From positions 777,032 to 841,031 of the forward strand of contig MU004182.1 of assembly GCA_010093605.1 (NCBI GenBank): 64,000 bases of DNA, given 5' to 3'. A program made the position numbers and the translations under genes. Positions 47,618 through 60,800 of the stretch are shown in pieces; the first letter of the stretch is position 1, and each line of letters begins with the position of its first letter. The DNA comes from Lophium mytilinum (taxonomy: Eukaryota). The notes beneath the pieces were generated by a model. The model was given only the letters and a program-made list of their open reading frames with translations, searched no databases and was not told the DNA's origin.

Positions 47618-50009
47618 TCACAGTGACACTCCAAAATGGCTTCCAGCTTCGTTATACTCGCGGCCCTTAGCCCGATGGTCAAAGCGATTCCACTGAGCAC
47701 CATCCCGCCGGGGCCGTCGTTCTGTCCTCTGTTCTTGTGGCTCTTCCCTCCGTCTGTTTGCGCGCCGTCGCGTCTCCGTAGTGCGATCCTCCCAGGCCTC
47801 GAACACCTCCACCTCATCCTTGCGGTCTCTTGCACGGACTTTCTTCTGACTCTGTCGAAGCTTGCCCTCATCATCCCCCTCATCCTCCAGTAGCATATGC
47901 TCATCTTTTTCTGTCTTGTTGCGTGTTTCCCTTAGCGCTGCAGCCTTGCGTCTGAGTACATAGTCGAGCCGGTTTAGCAAAGCACTCAATCGACTTCTTC
48001 CCTCTATATATGGCCGCCTCTCCTCAGTAGACATCTCCTCCCTGAGTACCATGCGTTCGTACAACCGGTAAATCGACTTTATTGTCTCCATTGCATCCGT
48101 CCTTTCTTCAGCCCGAAGTGGAAGAGGTCCGGAGTCCGATATCTCTTCTCCAGGATCCTTCCCTACCCCTAATTGGATCTTGATGCTTGCGAGGACTGGT
48201 TCCAGCTTAAGTAGCGCGGTCTTCACGGCCTCGCTATTTGGCGCGGCCTGGAAGACTAAATCTGCGTACGCGGTTGATGCCTTCGCATCCGCATCGGCGA
48301 GTGTAGATGTCATAGCATCCAAGATCCGACCCGCGTGGTCGAGTACCCTAGGATTGTTCTTGTCGCGTTTGCAGACGCTCATAGCAATCCGAAACGTGCC
48401 ACTCGTGGGCCTTTTGTCCGTGCCCACTAGATCATTCTCGATCAGGTCGACGGCTTCCCTTGAGGCGCGGTTTTGGCGAATGATGCGCAGGCGCATGTTC
48501 AGGTTATTCAGGTCTGGTTTGATGCCATAGCTGTCGGTCAGGAGATTCCAGTAAGCTGTCGATTCCTGGTTGGCGATAATCTTCAAGCACGCTTCCTGGA
48601 TGACGGATAGAGTATTGTTACCCGGCGTTGCGTAGAGAAGAGGCCAGGCCTTCCCACTGCCCACCGTCTTCTGAACTATGGGCAGAAATTCGGCGCCCCG
48701 GGATGGCCCAGTTTCAGGGTCATAAGCCTCCTGCTCTATCTCACGGAGAGCCTCGGGTTCTCTCTCAAGAAGTCGTTTGGTCGCCCTGTCGTGCTCGCCA
48801 TCAGCATTTACTGTGCCAAGGCGGGGAACAAGTCGCGGGATATCCATAGTCTGGGCCAAGAGAGATAATACATCATCCCAATCTCGTGGTCGGGACCCGA
48901 TGAGGAGTAAGCGGGCCATTGCACAAACGAGCTCTTCGTCAATTTTTAGTTGTGACGCACTCCATTTTCCCGCCACATCCACCCATATCCTTCTCCCGTC
49001 CACTATCGCTCGTTCACGCCGAAGAATTGCCTGTTCCTCAGTCTCTCCTTCAGGGCCGTTAATGAGGGCATTCTGCCGCAGGAAGTTCAAAACCGTGGTG
49101 TAGGTGAGAGAGTTGGCGGCGTTGGGTCCTCCGTCTGGAATTTTGGCCGCAATGCTCCACACAGCATCCGAATTGTTCGCGCGGACACAGACTTTCAGGG
49201 CTGCGTTCGTATGTATGACAGATGGGGGGACTTTCGAATTGGGTGCTGACATGGAGTGGTATACGGACAAGGCTTGTCCCAGGACGTTGAGCACATGAGC
49301 ATGGTCTGCGTAGCCGCGAAGGAGGATGGTGTACGTAAAGGCATCGGGAAATTGCCCGCGTTTCTTCATCTACAAAAATCGTCAGTCTTAAAGCCGCGGG
49401 ATGGAGGTCTGAGGCGGGCCTTACTTCATTATAGATCTTGTATGCATTGTTCAGACGACTTTTTAGGAACTCATGATTTATCAAGTGATTCCAGCTCACT
49501 TCACAGTTTATTCCTTTCTTGCTAGCCAGCCTGACCAAGTCCAGCATTTCCTTCTCATGCCCTTTGCTCAATCGACTTGCCACAAACTTCGCCAGCTCCA
49601 CAGGATCCTCTGCGTATTTCAGCTCCATCTCGCGGCTCACTCGATATCCTCGCGGCTCGACTTTTCTTTCGGTATTCCGCGATCTTGTTTTGTACGACTC
49701 AATGTCCCTCCTGTTCACTGAAGTCTCCTTCTTCATGGCTACTGTCATGTTCCTTTTTTGTGCAATCCCCATTTCTGACCTCTTCCACGGGCTACTCCTC
49801 CAATGATCGCCTTCCTCCTCATGCTGCGCGTGCGAATCGATGTCGTTTTTCCAGTAGGGTCCTGAGCTGGCGAATCGGTGGGGAGTAGTCTGGAGTCTGG
49901 AGACATTTGGGGCGTAGGCAGCGCGGCGCAAGGTGCTGTTATAAGCAGCCGCAACATCGGGCTGAACGGCTCGTAGAGATCGCCATTGGCAAGCTCGGGA
50001 GGCCAGCAT
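47618..50009 (-). CDS. Mitochondrial pentatricopeptide repeat (PPR) protein
   Basis: Two exons with an intron at about 49370-49424. Presequence-like N-terminus; PPR motifs VSWNHLIN...AYKIYNE|MKKRGQFPDAFTYTILLRG and HTNAALKVC. Confidence 0.88.
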
Positions 50010-53000
50010 GAGTGGAATGATGGTTCGGGGGAGGGGTCGGGGCGCGAGAGATGCAGACGTCTGGCGGCCGAACTTTTTTGAGGTCAGAGTTCAGCCGTGA
50101 TCCCGATCACGTGATGGGCCGATCGGGCCGGCTTTACATGTCTTCGTCGCCAGAGCAGAGTGTCCTCAGCAACGCATCCCCCGAATATCAGTTAGAATCC
50201 GCCATTAAAGCAAGATAGAAACCGACACCACGCCGCCGTGTCACGCTTCGTCGGCCAGGAACCACGCTCTGCTTCGCCACACTTTTCTTCACCGATGACT
50301 GCTAGCTCGGGGCCGGGCAGCAGCCCCTAGGTCGCCTTCCTCACCACGACCGGCGTCTTAGCAGAGCAAACCCGTCCCTTAGCAAACCCGGACTGTCGGG
50401 ATGCTGGCGCCAGACCTTCGGGGTCCGGTCAACCCCCCTTCGGCAAGCCTAAGGCAAGGCATCGTGGAACCCGCGTGACAAGCCCGGCGACAGCTCCCGC
50501 AGCGGCAACGCCAGCGAGATCTGCCCCCAACGCCGGTGCGGCAGCGGATCCCGGGGCTTGTTGCGCAAGTGCCTTACCGATCAAACGGCACCCGAAGATG
50601 CAAACGGGCTGGCGTTGGAGGCTGGCGGGTGGCCGAGTTCGCGGCCATGCTCTGCCTTGCCAAGCCCGACTCCTGGTGTCGTGAATATGGGATGCAGGGA
50701 CATCGCGTTACAGTTCGCCGCAGGGGCTAAGTTGCAGGATTTTTTATTGTGGAATAGATTTTCTACGGTCTAGGATTGCGAGAAGGTGCTGAAATAGCAG
50801 GACACCCAATTGCATCCTCAGGAGGTTGTCGTCGTGGTAAGGAGAGGTCTGTCGACGGTCGCAAGTTTCAAGGTTGAACAGCCATGTATATGAAGATACC
50901 AGCTTACATAAGTCCACGCGAGTAGACCCTCATCCAAACTACAGTCTGCGAGCTACTTCGAGGCTGCTGATGATATCTCCTTCCATCGCTCATCCCATAG
51001 TGTCCTATTGGGCATCAACACACCAAACGAACAGGCCTCTTTCTAGATTAGGAAATGCTCAACATGCCAACATCGGTAGCCTCTCAGTCAGTTCGCACAT
51101 TCTGCTGCTTTTTACCACAAGTGTTGTTTTCACTTGTCTTCTTGTTCTGTGTTCTGCGTATACGATACGTGTTCGAGTTCTTTTGGTCTTTGAAGCTTCT
51201 CTTATTGTTGCCATTTTGCTGATATGCATATACCGAAGTGACTCTGCAGGTTGACAGCATATTGACAGCATGTTGACAGGTCTAGTCGGGGAAATGAGCG
51301 GTTACTTGCAGGCTATGCAACCTGCACGTGGTGGTAGTATCGCACCGAATGTCGTTCCGAGTTCATTCGCACTACCTTGTCGTCCGTGGATATCGAATTT
51401 CGAGAATAGTCGAGGCTACAGAGTCAAATGCAGGACAAATTGATACGCTCTCGAGACAAGGCAAGGGCCTGGTCTTCCTTGACAAGATTCAAGATTGCGG
51501 GTTTTAGGAGGGGGTAGAGGTCCCAAAGTGTGACGGAGTTACTTGCGAAGAACATGCCAGTAACCGAAAACTGGATATTGGAGTCGCAAAGAAGAAGAAA
51601 AGCCTTGGACATATAGAAGCTGGAAACGATGAAAAAGGTGGCTTTCGAACCTGTGACTTCGGTAGGGCCATACAGCGATGAGCGAAGAGCTAGGACAATT
51701 GAGGACGAATGAGCCGCACCTCGATGCAGGTCAATTCAGATGGCAGTCAAGAAGACCGGAATGGCGGGTACTCGTTCCTTTGCTTCAGGATCTCGGGCTC
51801 AAAGCCTGATTTTCTTTGTCTTTGGAAGTTGTCAGTGCTGCACTAGCAATCTGCTTCACAGCATAAGGGGCGACATCTCAGCCCGACCAGATGGAATGTT
51901 TTGGTGTTGAGGGGCAGCGTGTGCGCCATAGCGGGGCATCAGGCTCATGCGGAGATGGGGCGATTTCCCGAGTAGTGTAACTACTGGCGAAATGGCTGGC
52001 GGTGCCACTGTTACCGTGATTGCTGACTTGCGTGGGCGATCACGGTAGACGTTGTGTTGCTGGCATGAGGGGTGCTGACCCAATCGCAGGCAGCCATTGT
52101 AGGGAACACGGAGAGAGCACGGCGGCCGAAGATCCCAACGCCCAACGTCGTGTGCTCGAAGCTGTTGAGAGCATCCAGAAAGTCCCCGTTACTGCATCTG
52201 GAGGCAATCCCGACGGCACGGCTGGCGATATTGATTCGGGATGAAGATCAGCCCGGCTTGGCAGATTCGGCTTCCCGAGAAGGCGCCAATCTCACGCCAA
52301 GGGCCATCTCGCAGCAGACCCGATCCCCAGGAAAGCGGCTGCCGTGTAACGCGCCCGTCATCTCGCCGGCTCAAGTCACACACGTTAGCTGCCGTTTTGC
52401 TTGCATTGCTTGCATTGCTAGCGGCCGGTGCGTGTGTTCTGGCGCGGTTCCATCGGCCGGCCTGTCAACCACGAGGCTGGCGAGGGAGCCGTTTCGTTCC
52501 CGAGCACAGCACGACGTCCCTCGACGTCCCTCTAAGGCGGCCCGATGGTGCTGCTGGACGCCTGACCACCGCTGGGCCGACGTGCATTCTCTATGCTGCC
52601 CAGGTGCATTCACCGGCTGCGAGGGGGACGGACATGCACGCCCTCGTCGCCGTCGCATCTGCTGGACGTTGACAGCCCCCAGGTACGACAAAACCATCCG
52701 TGCCCGCGAAAAGACAGCACGTCGCGTGATGGCCAGCCCAAGCAGCTGCATGCATTCCTAGCATCCACTCTTCCGCCTCCATAGACCCATGCCCTGCAGC
52801 TTCTCGTGGCCCAAAGGCAGAGGCAAAAGAGCGGTGATGCAGTCGCAACGCCACGCAGTCAACGAGCTGCATACGCGCCTTCGCTGCAAGATGCAGCCGT
52901 CCTGCACTTGTCAGACGCAAGAAGGCTATTGGCCATGCAGCGCGCGATCCCGGCAGCTACTGACGCAGCGCTGATTCACCATGCCGTAATGTGGCGCAAA

Positions 53001-56000
53001 TCTAATTGATACGTATGCCTCTCACATGAGGGAGCGTGGGAGTGCCGCAGGACACGCAGGATACGAGCATTATTGAAGGATGCAGGATGAAGTCGGCGAG
53101 GAGAACTGAGGACGTCAGATCCACCAATGACCTCGATCCAAGACTCTCTCACCAAACCACAACGGATCAACTCCAGCCCGTCTGTGCATACCCCAGTGTG
53201 CTATAGTGAGCAAAGCCCGTCGTCAATATTGGCCGGGATAATCTTGCTCCATTTAGAACGAGACGGGAAAAGTACCACACCGCCATGCAGACTTCACCAA
53301 AGCAGCAGACCCGAAAATAGGGGAGACCTAGAAGCCACAGAAGAGCAAAACTTTAAACCCCAATTAACGACTAAGTATAGGAACTAGCAATACGAACTTA
53401 GCCCGTTCTATGTCGCCGTCTTTCCCCCCTGCCTGCTGTTCTGCACTCCAACGCCAATCTCCACGTATCAGACATTAGCCCACAGGCAGCCGATCCTTAC
53501 ATATGCACAGGAGACGCGTCGCCCGTCCGGAATGATTCGAAATCGACATCGGCAAACCTTCTCCAACAGCCACAAACAGGCAAAAACCGCGAACATGGAA
53601 TCCCGCACCCCGGCTTAGCCCGAAGCAAACGCACCTTTAGCCAGCAGATAGCCGAGCAAGAAAATACCCAATCCCAGAACCCAGTCCAGCATCCCAGCAG
53701 CGGCAGGCCCAAGGATTCAGGTTCCTATTCTGCAGCATGGGTCATTTGGGAAAAACGCGGCAGCCGCAACTGCTCGGGGGTCAGAGACCTTGCATTTTCA
53801 AGGTTTTCGATGACAGACAAACATCCCCACTTTTGCCTGCAGGTGCAGCGTTTCTCCACCCTAGAATTCTTCTCGAGCGGTTTCCATGGTTGGAGTGGAT
53901 CTTGCTTCCTGGCTCCCCCTTGAGCTCACCCAAGGTTCTCATTTGTTGGGGACGACAGACATCCGTGGATCACAAAGATTAAAGATTGTAACCACGACAT
54001 TGAGCCCGTGATGTAACCACGGAAGGCGATACATATCGGAAAGTGCAGAAAGAAGTGATCTCCACGGACCATGGGTGATGTGCGGTGCCATCCGATCACT
54101 TGCTCAGTCATGTGTCCTCCTCGACTCGAGTCGTCGAGCCGTGGAAACGGCGAAAACTCTGTCCGATCCTCTCGTTTTCTCCACCCGCCATTCCTTCCGT
54201 GGCGAAAACGACGCGGGATCTGCGCGGTACGGTATCATCGCAAATCTCCAATTGGACTTTGCCCTCGATAAATCCGGTGAGCGAGACGCGACCCTCGATC
54301 ATCCGCGCATCAGACACCACGTATCAAACCGTTAGCGAGCAATCATCAAAATAGAAGCAGATGTGATATCTCACATTCCCACCAGTTCCGCTCTTGCACA
54401 TGCGATGCCCAATCTCAGATACGCATATTGCGACTGAACCGCGGAACCCCGCTAACTCTAAACAACCATAAAGCAGAAAACCCGTGGTTCCAACCAAACT
54501 CAAAAAAAGGTTAAACCTTGTCGCGACCTCCCCTCATTGGCCCAATCTCACCACCCACCCCTCCCCACACTATCTAGCACTCTCTCGAATCCATTTCGAC
54601 ATCTATACTGCCGATCGTGAATACACACCAACGCAGCAGTTAGAACTGCAATTCACACGCACAAAGAAATCACATATCACACAACATAGCGCACGTAACC
54701 GCCGCCCCACAACCGTTCGGTCCACGTCTGCCGACAGGGAGAGGGGGGATGGGTGAGTGGATGTGGGTGTAGGCGGGCGCAACCCGGTCGTCGGGTATGC
54801 TGGTTAGGCGTCTGTGAAACCAAACACCCCTCGAGATCGGGGACGGGTGTGGGTGCCAATCTATCTCTTTGTGAGAGTGTCGGGAAGTCGGCGCATTCTC
54901 AACCTCCACCTCCGCTCGTTTCGTGTCTCGAGTCAAGCATCCATCACGCGCATGAGATGAAATCGTCACTTTGTAAATTTGTTGGGGCCTCGAGGAGTTG
55001 TCTCCGAACTAGGCGGGGGGAGAAACAGAATAGGTTCTAGTCTTACAGATTTTTGCCGTACAGAGTTTTGCTGGTTGCTGGGCCCAGAGAACGTAGTTGC
55101 AGAAGACGTGCTGAACTGTACTATAGAGGGAACAAAGTGAAAACCAAAAGAATTGTTTCAATAAGCGCCACTCTTTTTCGCATGCAGACATGATCGATCT
55201 ATGCAGCCCTCGTAGAAGAAAAAAGGAACAAGAGCCCACCACAAAATCTATATTCGCAAGAAAGCCGCCTAAAAGCGTCATCTTTCGTTCAGAACCCCCT
55301 TACACAACGTATAATCTTTGGAACTTGAGTGTTCACAAGCGGTGAGAAACCACAAGTAGTGAGAAAACACGAGTCCGTTATATACCAATGCAACCGATAC
55401 ACAACGGCCGTGATTCACGTAGTCGTATTTCTTTGCTTGGATGAAGCTTGCCACGCTTTTTTTTGCCAGCGGTCATCTCTTTCCCCTTTCTTCCTCCCAC
55501 AGCTCTCATCCACGGAGCGCTTCCAGCCTAAGAAACCCCCACCACCTGACCCCCCTATTTTTTTTCTTGCCACCAGAGATCCGCCCGCTTGTCCCATCCC
55601 AGACGTACAATGCATGATACACCGGCCAACCCGCTCCCGCCAGGCCAGCCTGCCTCCGTAAAACGTTAAGACACAACGCTCTTCCCGTACTATCAAGCCC
55701 ACCCAGCAACCAGCAAGAGGGGCGAGATTTGACAAAAGTCCGATACAACGAGTAAAAAACACTGAACGAGCAAAAACAGCAGATAGCCACCCCGGTATGT
55801 TAATGCAAGGATAGAGAGCAAACAACGAGAAAACGAAAGTACACACGCGGGGAAAAACGCCCAAAATTTAGGGGAAAACACAACCCCCACCCCCTCCCAA
55901 GAATGCCTGAGGCCCACGCTCGAAAAGCCGCCCTATGCATATCCTCTAAATGGATCCAGTGTCCCTCAATTTGGTTGAAGTGATGTTGATCCGTTGTGCA

Positions 56001-56201
56001 GGAGCTCCGAGCCGTGCTGCATGTTGAGTTGGACCATACAGTGAGAAGGTATCACATGGTGTGAAGACAGTGTTCAGAAGGTGGGAAAGCTCCATTTGCT
56101 GACTTTGTGCCTGCGGTTCCTTTACTGTTGGAACGTGTTTGAGTTAGGGTCCGTCGCTGCTGAACGGTCAGCTTTTTCTATCGTGACCAGGCAATCTGGG
56201 A

Positions 56202-57813
56202 TTAGTGACCCTGTTGGTAGATCTGAGGAGGCTGGCCGTACGGCGATTGCGGATAGCTGGTCATGTTAGTGATCATTTGTGAAAGTTGTCAGACGAAGCA
56301 ACCTACTGGGCCATTCCCTGGTCGAGACCTGGGCTCTGAGTGCCGTACTGAGGCGCCTGCGGGCCCGGAGCTGCAGCTTGATAGCCGATCGGCGGCAGTT
56401 GAGGGCCGCCCATCTGTGGTGGGCCAATGTTGGCACGCATCTGGCCGTAGACGGGAGTCTCGGATCCATTGTCGTGGCGACCCTCGGCCTGGCGCTGCCG
56501 CTCCTCATCGGCCTTACGCACAGCCTCCTCCTCCTTCTTCTTGGCCTTCCACTCCTTGCGGATCTCCTTGAACTCTGGAAAGATAGGTCAGCAAGTGCAG
56601 TGACTAAGATCTGATAATGTTGCGCCAAGCTAGTAAGGTCAGGGTAGCCTGATGCTAGCTGCCGCGAGTTTCGAGGCTATCCGAACCAGCGGGAACACCA
56701 ACGAAATAGTCGCGACACCAACACGAGCTCCACGGCAAACCTAGCTTACTAGCCAGGGCTTTCTGCGCTATCGCAGTTGCTTAAACGCGTAAAAGGGTTC
56801 GTCAACATACCTTCTGGGGTTCGTTTTGTACCGTGCGACTGCATCGTAACATGTGCGTTCAAGTGATTAAGGGTCCCATACGCTTTTTCGCAGCCATTCC
56901 AGCCGCACTTGTACATTCGCTCTATTTCTTCATATCGCCGTCGCGGTCGCTTATGCTGTTGCGCGCCTGGAATCGGGACAAACGAGTACACTGTCGAAAG
57001 TGGATGGCCGCCCTATCGAAACGTCAGCAAAGCGCTCTGGAATACGAAAATCACAACGCGGCGACAAAACAAAGAACGTCGCATTCACATGTCACCCTCA
57101 GGATGATATGCACGCACGTTGACCGCAGTTGGAATGATCCAGCCGTAGTCAGGGGGTCCAAGGTGGTCTTGGACCGCCCCTACGTGGTCGCGAGAGAAAT
57201 CGACGTGAAAAGGGCGTACCGCAGGTGGTCGCTGGACCGGACTAACCATTGACTGTGCTGGCGGCCCAGAGGATGCCGGATGGCCGTATTGCATATGAGG
57301 AGGAGGGTACTGCCCCGCCCATTCTGGACGCGCCCCGTACATTGGGGTCTGCGGATGCCCTTGATAATGTTGCATTTCGTGTTGCGGCGGGTAGGGGGAG
57401 TACTGCTGGTGCGAAGGGTAGGTGGGACTCGCCCCCGTGGCGATTGATGGATCTATAGGAACGTCGGAGTCAGACTTGTTGTGTTGAGTGTCATTGGTTT
57501 GACCATCTGACAGAGGCAGAGACGGACTTGTTGGATTCGCCATACCTCCAGCGGGAGCCCCTTGAGCGCTGGACTGATACGAGCGCTGAATGTACTCTGG
57601 GAAGGAGCCCGAGCGCGCTGACGAGGGATTGATGCCGTACTCGGAGGTTGGAGTTTGCGCTGGGGAAAAGTTCGCGGCGCGTGGATCTTGGCCTTGAGGG
57701 TATGGCGCAGCAGATGCTGGATCTGCAGATGAACCTTCAGAGGCAGGTTCAGGGAAAGACGGGTAGGGTTCGCTCAAACCTGACTGCGGATAATCCGTCT
57801 GTCTGCCGTCCAT
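56202..57813 (-). CDS. con7: C2H2 zinc finger transcription factor, Con7 family
   Basis: Exons 57813-57220, 57012-56811, 56574-56307 and 56256-56202. Signature YSFVPIPGAQQHKRPRRRYEEIERMYKCGWNGCEKAYGTLNHLNAHVTMQSHG...PEEFKEIRKEWK. The start codon is uncertain. Confidence 0.88.
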
Positions 57814-60800
57814 AGACTGTCGAAGGTAGCGTTGAGGTAGCCAGGCGCGCTTTGCACGGCGGGGATCTGGCGCTTTGAGGCGTGGAGGATGGGCGGAGGG
57901 GGCAGCCTTGGAGAGATAGGACAATGGTTGGACCAGGAGGCCGGCGGCGGGATGGTTCGTGGGTCGGTGAATAGTCCGGTGCACAAGATCTATGGATCAA
58001 AAGTGGTTGACCTAAGGCCGAACAGTGGTAGCGTTGGGGGGGAGCGAGTTCAGAGTAGCGTCAGACTACCGAGGGTTGGACGAATCTCGAGGCAATAGCG
58101 TCGACCTTAACTGCGGATGATTTGCAGACGGTGTGGAATCTGCGTGCCAGACTGAGGGGACAGCGGCCGGCAGATTTGCGCTCAGATAACACGCTTGGAG
58201 GGAACAGGGCAGGCTAGCCGTGCGAGTCGCGGAAATCCGGCGCAGGTGTGACGGCGAGTCGCACGGGTGCTGGTTCGGCGGCCAAGCAGGACGAGCCAGG
58301 ACGAGCACTCGAGCAGCAGCAGGCAGCGCGGGCGGGCTAACAGCGAGCACTAGAGCGAAGCAGCTAGCGGGAGGGCAGCGCCGTCGCAGTGGCAGTCTGG
58401 TGAGTGGCGTGTGCCGCAGCTGTGTGGCACCAATCGAGGCGGCCGTGAGAGCGTTAGCACACACAATGAAGTAATGCTGCCGACGCCCCGAGATCTTTGA
58501 GCCGAGCCGCCTGTGGCCTTGTTCGCGGGAGCTCTGCGCGGGGGGCGGGCGCAGGCTGATGCTGGCGATGGCGCTGGGGGGGTGTGAGGCGTGGAGCGTG
58601 GACGTGCTGCGTGAGCAAGGCTCCCTCTGGGCGAAGTGGTCGTGTTGGCGAGCCGGGCGCGACGGATTGCGGATGGCGTGGTCGAAGGTTAGGGACTGGT
58701 GCGGGGAGGGGTCTAGTTCTTTTCGGGCCTGGAGCCTGCAGCGCGCCCGGTGCAGCGTAGCTTGGGGTGAATTAAAGGTGCGACTACGACGATGTTGGCC
58801 GTGTGCTGGGGGGCCAAGATGAAGAGAGTCGGTCCGTCGTCGGGCGCGGTGATGCTGGGTTCCACACGCGCAGCCACACAGCGGACAGTATTTTCGATTT
58901 TGCCTCCGAGCGAGAGAAGCGCCGAGAAAGCGATCTGCCTGCCCAAGTCGCCGTCTTTTCCGGGGGTCCCCACCGCAGCGCACACGGGAGGTCTGGCTGC
59001 ACTGAACGCTGAGACGATGACCGCAGCGACGCGCGCTGGAGTGCTCTGGAGCGGTCGCGACGGCGGACGGGGCTGCCGTGGGCGGAGATGGAGGTGGAGA
59101 TCGGGGTCTCTTGTTTTTGCAGAGGCAATGCGCACTAAGGACTGGCGAGCCGTGGCAGCGAGGGCGGAATCGGGGTTGCACGTGTTGTTGCACGGCGCGG
59201 AAGCAGTCAGCGGCCTAGTAGCGGTGGGAGGGGAGGACGGAGCGGAGGGCTTCAGTGCTAGCAGGACACCGGGGCGGAGTCTTGGGCGCGTGGGAGGATG
59301 GGCGGGTGGTGTGGGTGTGGTGATGGTTAGCTGGAGGGTGAAGGAGTCTTGCACGCAGACGGGAAGGTGCGAAAAAGCGAGCGGGCCTGGGGCACTGGGT
59401 GGCAAGTCAACGAGGCAGGAAGGCAGGAAGGACCCCAGCCAGGCAGGACCCAAGTCTCGGGTGGGGCCGCAGTCGTCGAATCAAGCACCTCCGCCGGGCC
59501 CTTGAGTATGACGGGGGTCCATTGTGCAGTGCAGCGCAGTAAGCAGTGCCAGCCTCGCGCTCAGCAGACCACCGAGGCCGGGCTCAGAGACGAGGGCTTG
59601 GAGACACCGCCTGCGCACTAAAACTAGCGGAGGCTTGTCTTGCGGCCGCTTTGCCTGCCGCGGCTGGCCATCGCGTGAGGCTGAAGGCCGCGCTAGAACT
59701 CCCTGTCGGAGCATCCAACGTCAACGGAATGCTGGAACAACAACAACAGCACGGCATGCCGCTTCAGCAGCGCCAAGACGCAAAACCACAGCGTCCTCAC
59801 TGTCGCATCGAGGCATGAGGACATCACCGCAGGCACCCGCGCGTCTCGGGCTCGCCGCGACTTCGGTGGCGGACGGATCGAGTGCCACTCGTCGGAGAGC
59901 TGCCCGAGCTGCCCAGACTGCGCACAACGAGCCCCGTTGCGACGACGCGGGACAGCCCTGGGCAGCCCATCCGCGCCCTGCGATTGGGTCCAGGGCCGCT
60001 CCATGACCAATTCGCGCTGGCTATCACGAAGCACGATTCACTGGCCGCGGGAGAGTGGCCTCGTTGCCTCATTCAGCCCGCGATGACGGTGGTGGAGGGC
60101 TCCTTTATCGATTCCACTCCCAGAACAACCCACATCCCGACTCTCCAGTCCAGCAGTCTCCACACGCCCGCCCATGTCTGACACGCTGCCATGCCCATGC
60201 CATGCCATGCAACAGCTGCGAGACCTCCCCACCCTGAAGGATGCGGCCTGCACGCCCACCTGCCTCTTCCAACTGCCTCCTCCAACCGCCAATATCAGAA
60301 CATGAGGCCGCAGAACCGGCCGCCGCCCTGGTCCTGGCCGCGATCCCACGCCGCCCTCTCGCGTTGCGCTGGGCCTCGCTCTCCCGTCGACGGCGCCCAA
60401 CCGCCTGCTCACCGTCTCGTCTTTGTCTGCCATGCCGTGTACCGCCGCTGCGTTTCCGCCGTGGACCCCTCGCCGCCGTTGCAGCGCGCACACGCACACA
60501 ACGCACGTCAGCAGACCGTTGCTTCGGGGTACAAGAGCCGACTGCCATGCGACTCCCGCTGTCCAGCACGCACATGGCCGACAGGCTCCAGGCCGGTGTC
60601 GCAGGCGTCTGTTTCGACGCCCGCCCGTGAATATAGAGCGCGTAGAGCGACAATGGAAATAGAAACAGGCAGCAGAAAGCGGGTCTGCGCGCTCGGTCCC
60701 GCTTTGTCTGCAGCGTCGTTGTCGCACCCTTGGCGATGCGCAGAGAGGAGGTCGAGACGAGCCTCGAAACATCGATAATTCAAGCCTACGAGCTGGCCAC

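Noticed and set aside
51250..51280. TTGACAGCAT-type 11-bp unit repeated about three times; also (CCATG)n near 60189
   Set aside because: Trivial micro-repeats with no supporting context.
51630..51700. B-box-like GTCACAGGTTCGAAA followed by a T-run on the minus strand
   Set aside because: No A-box or cloverleaf pairing; probably chance.
57814..57996. In-frame N-terminal extension of Con7 from a GTG at 57984
   Set aside because: No ATG, an in-frame stop at 57997-57999 and no recognisable similarity; cannot be supported without Ribo-seq.
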